Source: Gammaproteobacteria bacterium
Lineage (GTDB): Bacteria > Actinomycetota > Acidimicrobiia > Acidimicrobiales > Ilumatobacteraceae
DNA: 64,000 nt
Assembly: GCA_047638615.1 (NCBI GenBank)
Contig: JBLIMF010000001.1
Span: 992-64,991, forward strand
Reading direction: 5' to 3'
Shown: positions 8,727 through 17,465 of the stretch, in pieces
How positions within the stretch are numbered: position 1 is the first letter of the stretch
Layout of the letters: each line of letters starts with the position of its first letter
The notes under the pieces: generated by a model
What the model was told of the DNA's origin: nothing
The model's database searches: none
What the model saw: the letters and a program-made list of their open reading frames with translations, nothing else
Program-made: the position numbers and the translations under genes

Positions 8727-9266
8727 ATGGCTGATCACGAGACGCCCGAACCGAACCCAACGAACCCGACCGACGGCTCCGACATGGATCTTTCGCCACG
8801 GACCAACGTCGACGGCACCGCCGTTGGCGTCAAGCGCAAACGCAATGTTGTGCCCCTCGTCGTGCTGGCGATGGTCTTCGTCGCTGGCGGCGTGATTGTT
8901 ACGCAGTTCCTCACGTCGGCGGTCGACTATTACTGCAACGTCGATGAAGTGGGCGTACGTGAGGGCTGTGACGGCGATCGTCGGATTCGCCTGCAGGGCA
9001 CCGTTGACCAAGGTTCGGTCGATATTTCAAATGGCGTCACCGGCTTCACGATCTCGTTCAATGGCGAGAAACTCCCGGTTCGCTACCAAGGTGAGCCCGG
9101 AGGCATTTTTCGGGAATGTCTCCCTGTCGTGGTGCACGGTGTGATTGATGACGGTGCGCTCGTTGGGGATCGCGTCGAGGTGCGGCACTCTGACGAATAC
9201 GTCTCGGTCAATGACGATCGCGTCGCTGACGCACAGGATCTCGGATGCGCCCCTCCTTCTGTCTGA
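8727..9266 (+). CDS. ccmE: Heme chaperone CcmE
   Basis: N-terminal TM, 'RIRLQGTV', 'VRYQG', and heme-binding HxxxY motif 'RHSDEY'. Confidence 0.88.
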   Translation: MADHETPEPNPTNPTDGSDMDLSPRTNVDGTAVGVKRKRNVVPLVVLAMVFVAGGVIVTQFLTSAVDYYCNVDEVGVREGCDGDRRIRLQGTVDQGSVDISNGVTGFTISFNGEKLPVRYQGEPGGIFRECLPVVVHGVIDDGALVGDRVEVRHSDEYVSVNDDRVADAQDLGCAPPSV

Positions 9267-9309
9267 CCGCCGGCGTGGTGTCGGGCGTCACTTCGACTGG
9301 TGAATCGAC

Positions 9310-11340
9310 GTGATGCTCGCGGCGTCTCTGAACTCGGCTGTTGGCCGTGCCGGACTGATGCTGATGCTTGGTGCATCCGTTTTCGGTGCGCTGGCCGTGC
9401 TGTACGGCATCCGCAAGGGCGACACAAAGCTGCTTCGCCAGAGCCCTCGTTATGCGTGGCTCGCCATGGTGGGCATCACGCTCTCGGTGGTGATGATGCA
9501 GCGGGCGCTGATCACTCGCGACTTCTCGATGGCCTACATTCAGCAGGTTGGCTCGGCTGACACCCCGGCGCTCTACAACTTTGCAGCGATGTGGTCCGCC
9601 CTTGAAGGGTCGATTTTGCTCTGGGCGTTTGTGCTCACTGGCTTCACCGCTGCGGTGGCCTGGCGGTTCCGGAAACGAACCGATGATGTGCTCGTTGGCT
9701 GGGCGCTGATTGTGATGTTCGTCGTCACGGCGTTCTTCGCAATGGTCAGTTTCGGCCCAGCCGACCCATTCTCGAATGGTGTCGCAGGATTCAATCCGGC
9801 ATCGGCTCCGGGCCCGAATCCTCTCCTGCAGAACCATATTCTGGTGCTGTTCCACCCGCCCATCCTGTACCTGGGATTCGTCGGGTTCACCGTGCCGTTC
9901 GCTTTCGCGATTGCCGCATTGATCACCGGTCGTCTCGGCGAAGGTTGGTTGCTCGAAACCCGCCGATGGGCATTGTTTTCGTGGTCGTTCCTCACCATCG
10001 GCATTCTGCTTGGTGGCTGGTGGAGCTATGAAGTGCTCGGCTGGGGCGGCGTCTGGGCGTGGGACCCGGTCGAAAACGCTTCGCTGTTGCCATGGTTGAC
10101 GGGCACTGCGTACATCCACTCGGTGCTGGTCCAAGAGCGACGCGGCATGCTGCGGGTCTGGAACCTCAGCCTGTTGGTCGCCACTTTCGCGCTGACGATT
10201 CTTGGCACATTCCTCACACGATCAGGCGTAATTGAATCGGTGCACGCATTTGGTGACGGCCCAGTTGGCGCTTGGTTCCTCAGCTTCTTCGGTTTGATTG
10301 TCGTTGTATCACTTGGCCTGATTGCGTGGCGTGGCGATCGACTCCGTTCGCCGGGGTCGATCGATTCACCGCTCTCCCGCGAGGGAGCGTTCCTCGCGAA
10401 CAATGTGCTGTTCACCGTCTTTGCCTTCGTGGTGCTCCTCGGCACGTTGTTCCCGTTGCTCGTCGAGGTGCTTCACGACCGTCGGACCATTGTGGGCGCC
10501 CCGTACTTCGACCGGTTGAGCATGCCGATTGGCCTCATGCTGCTCTTCCTGATGGCGATCGCTCCGGTTTTGCCGTGGCGCAAGGCATCGACCGAACTGC
10601 TGCGTGATCGGCTCTTCTGGCCGGCCTGGGTTGGTGCTGGCGCGCTGGTCTTGTCGGTGGCCGTTGGCGCAACCGGTTGGGCGCCGCTCGTTGCTTTTGC
10701 CCTCGGTGGTTTTGCTGCCGGTGCTGCAGTTCGCCAGATTGCCCTTGCCAGCAGGCGACAGGGCTGGCGCGGCTTCGTTGGCCGTGCGAACGGTGGCATG
10801 GTTGTTCACCTGGGCGTCATCATGATCGCCGTAGCGCTCGCGTCGTCAAACAGCTTCACGCATTCGACGCGGCTGCAACTCGAACAAAACGTCGTGCAGG
10901 AATGGTCCGGCCAAACTTTCGAACTGACCTCGCTCACCGAGAACACCAGCCAGGCTGGTCAAAGCGCCCTCGAAGCACGGGTCATCTTGAATGGCAGCAA
11001 GACAATTGTTCCGGCGATTACCACGTACCTCAACATCGGTCTCGACGTGCCGACGCCCGGTGTGCGGACCGGCCTCACCAACGACGTGTATCTCACGCTC
11101 GAGCAGGGATCGCAACCCGGCGACACGTCGGTTTCGATTCAGGCCTTCGTCCGACCGATGATCCTGTGGCTCTGGATCGGCGGCTTGGTCATGGCCATTG
11201 GCACGCTGCTCGCTGCGTTCCCCGGAACCAATCGGCGCCGTGCGACCGATCCGGTGTCGGCGCCAATCGCCACTGGAAAAGCCGATGTCGAGCCTCTTGA
11301 CGACAAACCAGAACCAGAGCCCGCTGAGGCCAACGTATGA
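9310..11340 (+). CDS. ccmF: Heme lyase CcmF
   Basis: 'WSALEGSILLW', 'NPLLQ', 'HPPILYLG', WWD 'WSYEVLGWGGVWAWDPVENASLLPW', 'GTFLTRSG', 'SVHAF'. Confidence 0.95.
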   Translation: MMLAASLNSAVGRAGLMLMLGASVFGALAVLYGIRKGDTKLLRQSPRYAWLAMVGITLSVVMMQRALITRDFSMAYIQQVGSADTPALYNFAAMWSALEGSILLWAFVLTGFTAAVAWRFRKRTDDVLVGWALIVMFVVTAFFAMVSFGPADPFSNGVAGFNPASAPGPNPLLQNHILVLFHPPILYLGFVGFTVPFAFAIAALITGRLGEGWLLETRRWALFSWSFLTIGILLGGWWSYEVLGWGGVWAWDPVENASLLPWLTGTAYIHSVLVQERRGMLRVWNLSLLVATFALTILGTFLTRSGVIESVHAFGDGPVGAWFLSFFGLIVVVSLGLIAWRGDRLRSPGSIDSPLSREGAFLANNVLFTVFAFVVLLGTLFPLLVEVLHDRRTIVGAPYFDRLSMPIGLMLLFLMAIAPVLPWRKASTELLRDRLFWPAWVGAGALVLSVAVGATGWAPLVAFALGGFAAGAAVRQIALASRRQGWRGFVGRANGGMVVHLGVIMIAVALASSNSFTHSTRLQLEQNVVQEWSGQTFELTSLTENTSQAGQSALEARVILNGSKTIVPAITTYLNIGLDVPTPGVRTGLTNDVYLTLEQGSQPGDTSVSIQAFVRPMILWLWIGGLVMAIGTLLAAFPGTNRRRATDPVSAPIATGKADVEPLDDKPEPEPAEANV

Positions 11341-11927
11341 CAGAGCTCAGCGATGATCTCATCGATGTCGGTGAGCAGCGCCGGAACCGAGTCGCCCCCT
11401 GGATTGCAATGGCCATTGCAATCACGATGGTCGGCCTCTTCGTCGTCCTGATTGGAGCTGACTCCGACGGCGGGCAAGATGCCCGATCGCCGTTGCTTGG
11501 TCGCCCTGCGCCTGAGGCAACTGGCACCTTGATTGACGGAGGCAACTTCGATCTGTCGCAGCGCAAAGGAAGCTGGGTGCTCCTCAACTTCTTCCGGGCC
11601 GATTGCATTCCGTGCATTCAAGAGCACCCCGACCTCGTTGACTTCAACGAGCAGCAGGCAGCGTTGGAGAGCGACGGCGCCGAGTTTTACTCAGTCGTTG
11701 TCGACGACAGCCGCGAGGACGTCGAAGAGTTTTTCGCTGACAATGGCGGCGATTGGCCAATCGTGCTCGACCACCAGTTGATCGACGTTGCCTTCGGCGT
11801 TGCTCTCGTGCCCGAGACGTGGATTATCGATCCGAGTGGCATTGTCCAGGCCCGGATCATTAGCCGAGTGTCAGCCGAACGCCTGAATATCACCATGCAG
11901 CAGCTGCGAGAGGTCTACGCCGGATGA
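11337..11927 (+). CDS. ccmG: Membrane-anchored thioredoxin, CcmG/TlpA family
   Basis: N-terminal TM, 'LLNFFRADCIPC' CxxC, 'VPETWIIDPSG'. Confidence 0.8.
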   Translation: MTELSDDLIDVGEQRRNRVAPWIAMAIAITMVGLFVVLIGADSDGGQDARSPLLGRPAPEATGTLIDGGNFDLSQRKGSWVLLNFFRADCIPCIQEHPDLVDFNEQQAALESDGAEFYSVVVDDSREDVEEFFADNGGDWPIVLDHQLIDVAFGVALVPETWIIDPSGIVQARIISRVSAERLNITMQQLREVYAG

Positions 11928-11997
11928 TGTCCTCCTTTGACCAACGTACATTGGACGGGAAAGCGACCGGAGAACTCGACAACGGCGCGAGGCCCAC

Positions 11998-12486
11998 ATG
12001 AATAGCCTCAACCGCCGCATCAAGTCGTGGCCGAGTTGGGTCGTGTTGCTGATCGTCGTTGCGTCGGTTCTCGCCATCGGATCGACGCGCAGCGCTGGGC
12101 CGCAAACGCAGGAAGAACGAATCGACGCAGTTGCTCGCCGAGTCGCCTGCCCGATTTGCAATGGTGAGAGCGTCTTCGAGTCGCGCAACCGGGCATCCCG
12201 GGCGATTCGTAACGAGATCACCGACCTCGTCCGGGCCACCGAAGCAACTGACGACCAAATTATTGCGGGGCTTGAGAACACCTACGGTGCCGACGTGCTT
12301 CTCGTTCCGAAGGCAACCGGATTTGATGCGCTGATCTGGGTCTTGCCATCCGTTGCCTTCGTGCTTGGTGTCGCTGGGCTTGCCGTTGCCTTCCGGCGAT
12401 GGAAATTGCAGGCTGATGCGAACATCGACCCGACCGATGCCGACCGCGACCTCGTCGCGGCAGCGCTACGCGACCGTGATAACTGA
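11998..12486 (+). CDS. ccmH: Cytochrome c biogenesis protein CcmH
   Basis: 'VACPICNGESV' CxxC, 'YG' motif, C-terminal TM 'LIWVLP'. Confidence 0.88.
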   Translation: MNSLNRRIKSWPSWVVLLIVVASVLAIGSTRSAGPQTQEERIDAVARRVACPICNGESVFESRNRASRAIRNEITDLVRATEATDDQIIAGLENTYGADVLLVPKATGFDALIWVLPSVAFVLGVAGLAVAFRRWKLQADANIDPTDADRDLVAAALRDRDN

Positions 12487-12491
12487 TTGCA

Positions 12492-13319
12492 ATGACAGAT
12501 CTTGACGCAGAGCAGCAGAAGGTCGACAGTGCCCTCGAGCCTGAACAATCCGTCACGTCGCTGCGGAGTGGCGCCCACCTCGAACGGATCGCCGAGTTGG
12601 AAGAGGAGCGGCGCTTTCTTCTGCGTTCGCTTGACGACCTCGAGCGGGAACACGACGCAGGCGATGTTGACGATGCCGATTACGAGACCCTTCGCGACGG
12701 CTATACCGTTCGTGCCGCGGGCGTGTTGCGCGAGATTGGCTCGGGCAAGTCGCGGCTCGCTTCCAAGAAACCTCGTCGCTGGGGACGCTTTGTCATGACC
12801 ACCGCTGCAGTGCTCGCGTTGGCGATTGGTATTGGATTCGCACTTGCGAATGCGTTCGGCGAACGTGGCGCTGGTCAGGAGATCACCGGCTTCGACCCCG
12901 GCAACGACGCGCGCGTGGTACTCGCCTCGGCCCGCGAAGCGTTGAACGAAGGCGATTTCGTGCTCGCCAATGCACTTTTTGCGCGAGTCGTCCAGATGGA
13001 GCGTGAGCGTGAGGTCGACAACGTCGAGGCGATCACCTACTTCGGCTGGACCCTTGCGCTGCAGTCGGTGCGTGATCCCGACGCCGAATCATCCGCTCAG
13101 CGACTCGATGCTGCTCGTGTTGCGTTGCGTCAGGCGATTCAACTTGACGACGACTACGCCGACCCAAACTGCTTCCTCGCGATCGTCGAGTTCAACTTCT
13201 TCGACGACGCCGAGACAGCGCTTCCGTTCGTCAATGCGTGCGTCGAGAAGAACCCGACCTCTGACATGGAAGAGCTTGTCACCGGATTTGCTGCCGAGAT
13301 TCGCGCCGCAGCCGGCTGA
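12492..13319 (+). CDS. ccmI: CcmI-like membrane-anchored TPR protein
   Basis: 'LRSLDDLEREHDAGDVDDADYETLRDGY' resembles the CcmI N-terminal loop. It is followed by a TM and helical repeats and is the last gene of the ccm operon. Confidence 0.65.
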   Translation: MTDLDAEQQKVDSALEPEQSVTSLRSGAHLERIAELEEERRFLLRSLDDLEREHDAGDVDDADYETLRDGYTVRAAGVLREIGSGKSRLASKKPRRWGRFVMTTAAVLALAIGIGFALANAFGERGAGQEITGFDPGNDARVVLASAREALNEGDFVLANALFARVVQMEREREVDNVEAITYFGWTLALQSVRDPDAESSAQRLDAARVALRQAIQLDDDYADPNCFLAIVEFNFFDDAETALPFVNACVEKNPTSDMEELVTGFAAEIRAAAG

Positions 13320-13359
13320 GATCCCCTCGTTGTCCACACCCGATAGCTACGGTGGGAGG

Positions 13360-13809
13360 ATGGTCAACATCCCTCCGCCGCCTCCTTCTGGCAACACGCC
13401 GCCGCCACTCCCGAGTGGGCCTCCCCCACCTCCGGGCTTTCCATCGGACTCGCCCCTGGAGCCGCCGGCAGGCGGAGGCGCCCCGCCACCCCCCGGCTAC
13501 GTGCCGTTCGGAACGCCGCAGGCCGGCGGTGGACAGCGGACCAACGGTTTGGCCGTCGCCTCGCTCGTTCTCGGAATCGTTGGGATCGTCCTCTGCGTCT
13601 TATTTATTCCATGGATTCTTGCGATCATTTTCGGTGCGGTAGCGATCAAGCAGTGCAACGCCGACCCCACATACACGGGGAAAGGCCTGGCAATTGCCGG
13701 TCTCGTCTGTGGGCTGATCGGCATGGGACTGATCGTGTTGATCTTCGCCGTTGGCGACACAAACTTCGACTACGACCTTGGCTCGGTCGTGGTCGGCGCA
13801 CTCCGTTAA
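13360..13809 (+). CDS. DUF4190-like membrane protein with Pro-rich N-terminus
   Basis: 'TNGLAVASLVLGIVG', 'GKGLAIAGLVCG'. Start ATG 13360 lies 6 nt after TACGGT. Confidence 0.8.
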   Translation: MVNIPPPPPSGNTPPPLPSGPPPPPGFPSDSPLEPPAGGGAPPPPGYVPFGTPQAGGGQRTNGLAVASLVLGIVGIVLCVLFIPWILAIIFGAVAIKQCNADPTYTGKGLAIAGLVCGLIGMGLIVLIFAVGDTNFDYDLGSVVVGALR

Positions 13810-13827
13810 CCGGCGCACTTTTGGCGA

Positions 13828-14322
13828 CTATTTTTTCGTCGACTTGGCAGCCAGGACCGGTGGCGGCCACACCTTGCCACGTGTGATCCGGTCGCCCTTG
13901 CGGCGCAGGACCCACACGCTCGCCTTGCCCCAGTCGGGAGGGGTTTCGACTTCCATGCCGCGACGTACGAGTGCATTGATGACGGCTGGGATGATGTCGC
14001 CGTGGCTGCAGAGCACTGCACCATCTTCGACTTCGTTGATCAGGTCGAGGACCGGCTCGAACGGCTCGTGTTCGAAGAGCCGCGGCTCGGCTTGAACAGG
14101 AAGCCCGGCTCGGTGGCCGAGTGGCTCAAGGGTCTGCATGCATCGCACGTATGGGCTCGCGTAGAGCGCCGTAATTTTCCTTTTTGACAGGCGCCGCGCC
14201 ACGGCCTGAGATTGCTTCCAGCCGGTCTTGCTGAGCGGCCGGTCGACGTCTTCGCCCTCCCAGACTCGCCGTTCGCCGGCCTTTGAGTGGCGGACGAGAT
14301 AGATCTCGGCCGAGCTGCCCAT
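13828..14322 (-). CDS. Histidine phosphatase (SixA/phosphoglycerate mutase family)
   Basis: 'LVRHSKAG', 'DRPLS', 'SPYVRCMQT', 'CSHGD'. Confidence 0.85.
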   Translation of the reverse strand: MGSSAEIYLVRHSKAGERRVWEGEDVDRPLSKTGWKQSQAVARRLSKRKITALYASPYVRCMQTLEPLGHRAGLPVQAEPRLFEHEPFEPVLDLINEVEDGAVLCSHGDIIPAVINALVRRGMEVETPPDWGKASVWVLRRKGDRITRGKVWPPPVLAAKSTKK

Positions 14323-14336
14323 CGTGAACTCCCTGT

Positions 14337-15200
14337 TCAGGTCTCGCCGGTGAGCGAACGATGGCGAGCTGTCAACTGCCGGGAGAACATAATGAATGCC
14401 ACAGCGGCGATCAGACTGCCAACAGCACTGATCATCGTGACGGCGGAGCCGGTGTCAGCAAGGCGCTCGGCAACAGCCTCGGTGCTTGTGTCGCTCAAAC
14501 CGCTGAAGACCGAGGTGGCCGACAGGCCGAGCATGATGAGTGGTAGCAGTCCGAAGAAAAGCCACCAGATCAGCAGCAGGGGACTGTTCTTGGAGCCGCC
14601 CACAGGTGCTCCGGCCAGAACTGGTGGCGCAGATTTGATCCACTGTTCGCGGAGCATCAGCGCCGGGATGACGAACAAAACGCCGGGCGGGAGCATCCAC
14701 CCGAAGATGGCAAACAGTGGATGCCATGTGGTGGACATGCCGTGCTTTCGCAAGTTCGACGTGATGCGGAACATCCAAATCATGACGAGGATGGCTCCGG
14801 TGAACATGGCAATCCCGGCGACGGCTGAAATCGCCGACGACGACACGACACTGTCTTCGAAGTCGGTGCGTGTTGCTGTTCCGTTGAGGAAGTCGCTCGC
14901 TTTGGACTGCAGGGACGACTGGATGAACCCGTTGACAAGGGCGCCGATGCCGGCGATGCCGACCACAACAGTGATCGCTGTCGACAAGCCGCCGACCCGG
15001 CTGACCCGCTGTGTCGAGGTTGGGGTGGGGGCGCTGCCGTAGGCGACATAACCCGGGGGTGGAGCCATGTTTCCCGGCGGTGGCGGTGGCGGTGGTGGTG
15101 ATGGTGATCGTGGTGGTGGCGGTGAATCCGGTGGCGGCGGCGGGTTCGGCGGCGGGTTCGGCGGTTGGTGACCGGTTGGGGGAGGGGGCATATCGCTCAC
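14337..15200 (-). CDS. DUF4328-like membrane protein with Pro-rich N-terminus
   Basis: Poly-Pro N-terminus and several TMs, with 'WMFRITSNL', 'GWMLP' and 'WW' motifs. GTG start lies 6 nt after TAGCTT. Confidence 0.7.
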   Translation of the reverse strand: MSDMPPPPTGHQPPNPPPNPPPPPDSPPPPRSPSPPPPPPPPGNMAPPPGYVAYGSAPTPTSTQRVSRVGGLSTAITVVVGIAGIGALVNGFIQSSLQSKASDFLNGTATRTDFEDSVVSSSAISAVAGIAMFTGAILVMIWMFRITSNLRKHGMSTTWHPLFAIFGWMLPPGVLFVIPALMLREQWIKSAPPVLAGAPVGGSKNSPLLLIWWLFFGLLPLIMLGLSATSVFSGLSDTSTEAVAERLADTGSAVTMISAVGSLIAAVAFIMFSRQLTARHRSLTGET

Positions 15201-15283
15201 CCACTCAAGCTACCGGCGCCGCATTCGCCTGTCTCCCCCAGATTGGGTGCGGTAATGACGTTTCGAACCGCTGAACTGAGGCG

Positions 15284-16969
15284 CTACTTGGCCTCGGACC
15301 AGCGCGCAATGATGCTGGTGTCGCTCACGAACCGGACCGGTTGGTTGCCTGCGTGATCACGGGGTGCCCACCGATACGCCGCTTCCTGTAAGCAACGATC
15401 GAGCAGTGCCGCAGCGTCGGGGCCGTTTTGCTCGGGCACGTGAATGAGCACCTCGTCGTGGAGACAAAGCACGATTCGGGCGTCGAGCGTTCGGCCACGG
15501 GCCCGCAGTAACACAGCCCAGGTTTTGAAGAACTCGGCGGCCGCGCCCTGGATCATCGCATTGCGTCCGTAACGGCCCCGAGCAGCAGCTTGTGAGCGCG
15601 CATCGCGTTCGCTGAATTCATTCGTGTTCGTCGAACTCATCTGGACCAGGCGGCCTCCGTAGGTGCGGAGGTCTTTGCTGCCCTGGGCGGACCGATCTGC
15701 AGTTGCCAGAAAGCCCATGGCAATCGGATATTCCCGTTCCAGGCTGCGCAGGGCCTCGGCGCCTTTGCCGGTGGTTTGCCCGTACATCGCTCCGAGCACG
15801 GCGACCTTAGCGATGTCTCGTTCCACTCGAAGCTGGGCCGCAACGGGCGCATACATATCGTCTTCCTGCGTGGCGGCTGCGAGCTTGGGGTCGCCCGCCA
15901 CCGCAGCAAGAATCCGTGGTTCGATCTGGCCGAGGTCGGCGCGTACGAAAACATGCCCGGGTTCGGCTGCGACAGCTGGGCGCAGTTCGGCAGGCATGTT
16001 GTGGAGTCCGACAGTCGCAGTCATCCGTCCAGCAGCGCCATCTGAACCCGACCAGGAACCGTGGAGGCGTGACTGGCCAGAGTGGTTAACGGTGATGTTG
16101 TCGTCAATCCATTGGAACCCGAATGTCGTCAGAATGCGCTCGGCGCGTCGCCAAGCCATGAGCGGCTCGACGATCGGGTGCGCATCGCGAAGTGTTTCGA
16201 GTCGCCAGGCTCGGGTGTCGGGCACCTCGATCCCGACCCTTCGGAGCAGCGATTTGACCTGATCGGGGCTGCGGAGGTCGAAGGTCGAACCAGTCGGAAG
16301 ATGTTGGAGCACTTCGGCGTCGCGCCGTGCGAGCTCAGCGTTGGCTTCTCCAGCAGTTGCCGGTCGGGGCCCAACAAAGCCGGCCACAATCGATTCACCG
16401 ACGCTGAGCTCGAACGGGAGGCCATCGACCTCCATCTCGGCACACAGCAGCTCGCAGGCGGACTCGGAGAAAACTGTTGTCTCGGAATGGATGAGCGGAA
16501 CCTGGAGCTGCTGCACCAAGACGACCAACTCCGCCCAGCGGAGAGTTCGGTCGGCTGTGGTGTTCCACTCGCCTTCGACCCACTCCGGGCGGAGATGACC
16601 GTCAGGACCGACCGGGTCGCCCGGGTCGCCACTGTCAATGGCCTGTGAGAAGAGGTCGACGGGCACTCGAGTCGGGATCGTCGTGACGTCAAGCTCGTGA
16701 AGAAGGGCCCAAATCTGTTCTGGGCCCGAGCGCCAGCCGCCGAAGATCAGCCGATGGGTCGCTGCGAGGTCCCAACACCGCCCAGGCCGGATGTTGGCCT
16801 CCACCAGCTGACGCGCCGTCGACTTGTCCCACCAGATCCATCGTGGCGATTCTTCCGCCTCGATCCGGGCAACCTCGCGGATGTCGACAACGCGGCCGGT
16901 GGCCCCTGGTGCGACGACTGCCGCGGCGCCTTCGCCGGTCATCGCAAGACCGATCAGTTCGCCTGCCAT
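15284..16969 (-). CDS. Short family A DNA polymerase (actinobacterial accessory PolA-like, no 5'-3' exonuclease)
   Basis: Motif A 'ADLGQIEPRILA', motif B 'RDIAKVAVLGAMYG', 'NAMIQGAAAE', motif C 'LHDEV'. Only 561 aa. Confidence 0.88.
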   Translation of the reverse strand: MAGELIGLAMTGEGAAAVVAPGATGRVVDIREVARIEAEESPRWIWWDKSTARQLVEANIRPGRCWDLAATHRLIFGGWRSGPEQIWALLHELDVTTIPTRVPVDLFSQAIDSGDPGDPVGPDGHLRPEWVEGEWNTTADRTLRWAELVVLVQQLQVPLIHSETTVFSESACELLCAEMEVDGLPFELSVGESIVAGFVGPRPATAGEANAELARRDAEVLQHLPTGSTFDLRSPDQVKSLLRRVGIEVPDTRAWRLETLRDAHPIVEPLMAWRRAERILTTFGFQWIDDNITVNHSGQSRLHGSWSGSDGAAGRMTATVGLHNMPAELRPAVAAEPGHVFVRADLGQIEPRILAAVAGDPKLAAATQEDDMYAPVAAQLRVERDIAKVAVLGAMYGQTTGKGAEALRSLEREYPIAMGFLATADRSAQGSKDLRTYGGRLVQMSSTNTNEFSERDARSQAAARGRYGRNAMIQGAAAEFFKTWAVLLRARGRTLDARIVLCLHDEVLIHVPEQNGPDAAALLDRCLQEAAYRWAPRDHAGNQPVRFVSDTSIIARWSEAK

Positions 16970-16978
16970 CGATTCGGG

Positions 16979-17317
16979 TCACCCCCAACCGAGCTCGTGG
17001 AGGCGATCGTCATCGATGCCCGCAGCGTGCGCAACTTCGTGGATGACGGTGACGAACACTTCGTTCTCGAGGTCGTCCATGTCCTCGCACATGTCGCAGA
17101 GCGCAAGCCGGTAGATCGACACGATGTCCGGTCCTTCTTGGCCGGTCCGCTCGGTATGGGGCACTCCTTCGTACAAGCCGAGCAATGTGGGCTCGTCTGG
17201 ATGCCGGTTGAGAACCTGTACGACGACATTGTCGAGCACGTGTTGGAGTTCGTCAGGTAGGTCGTCGAGCGCTTCAGCAACCATCCGGTCGAATTTGTAC
17301 TTCGGAACCGCCTCCAT
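16979..17317 (-). CDS. Minimal zincin-like metallopeptidase (DUF1025-like)
   Basis: 'LLGLYEGVP', 'TVIHEVAHAAGIDDDRLHELGW' with HExxH. ATG lies 6 nt after TACGAT. Confidence 0.85.
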   Translation of the reverse strand: MEAVPKYKFDRMVAEALDDLPDELQHVLDNVVVQVLNRHPDEPTLLGLYEGVPHTERTGQEGPDIVSIYRLALCDMCEDMDDLENEVFVTVIHEVAHAAGIDDDRLHELGWG

Positions 17318-17340
17318 TGATGCATCGTAGAGCGCAGGCC

Positions 17341-17450
17341 GCTGAGTCGGCAGAACCCTCATCGCCTTGGGTGTGCGACGGAGATGAGGTTTGAGCCGGG
17401 TGAGCCGACGGAACCCTCATCGCCTCGGAGGGTGTCGTTCAACCCGGCTG
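17341..17450. repeat. Intergenic direct/inverted repeat element
   Basis: GAACCCTCATCGCCT occurs at 17353-17367 and 17411-17425. AGCCGGGT (17394-17401) pairs with ACCCGGCT (17442-17449). Confidence 0.55.
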
Positions 17451-17465
17451 GCCAAACGAACCGAA

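Noticed and set aside
12970-13359. N-terminal extension of the 279-aa ORF over ccmI
   Set aside because: It overlaps ccmI out of frame. The real start is ATG 13360 with its own -10 element.
15060-15190. GGT/GGC-rich low-complexity repeat
   Set aside because: It encodes the poly-proline N-terminus of the DUF4328-like protein.
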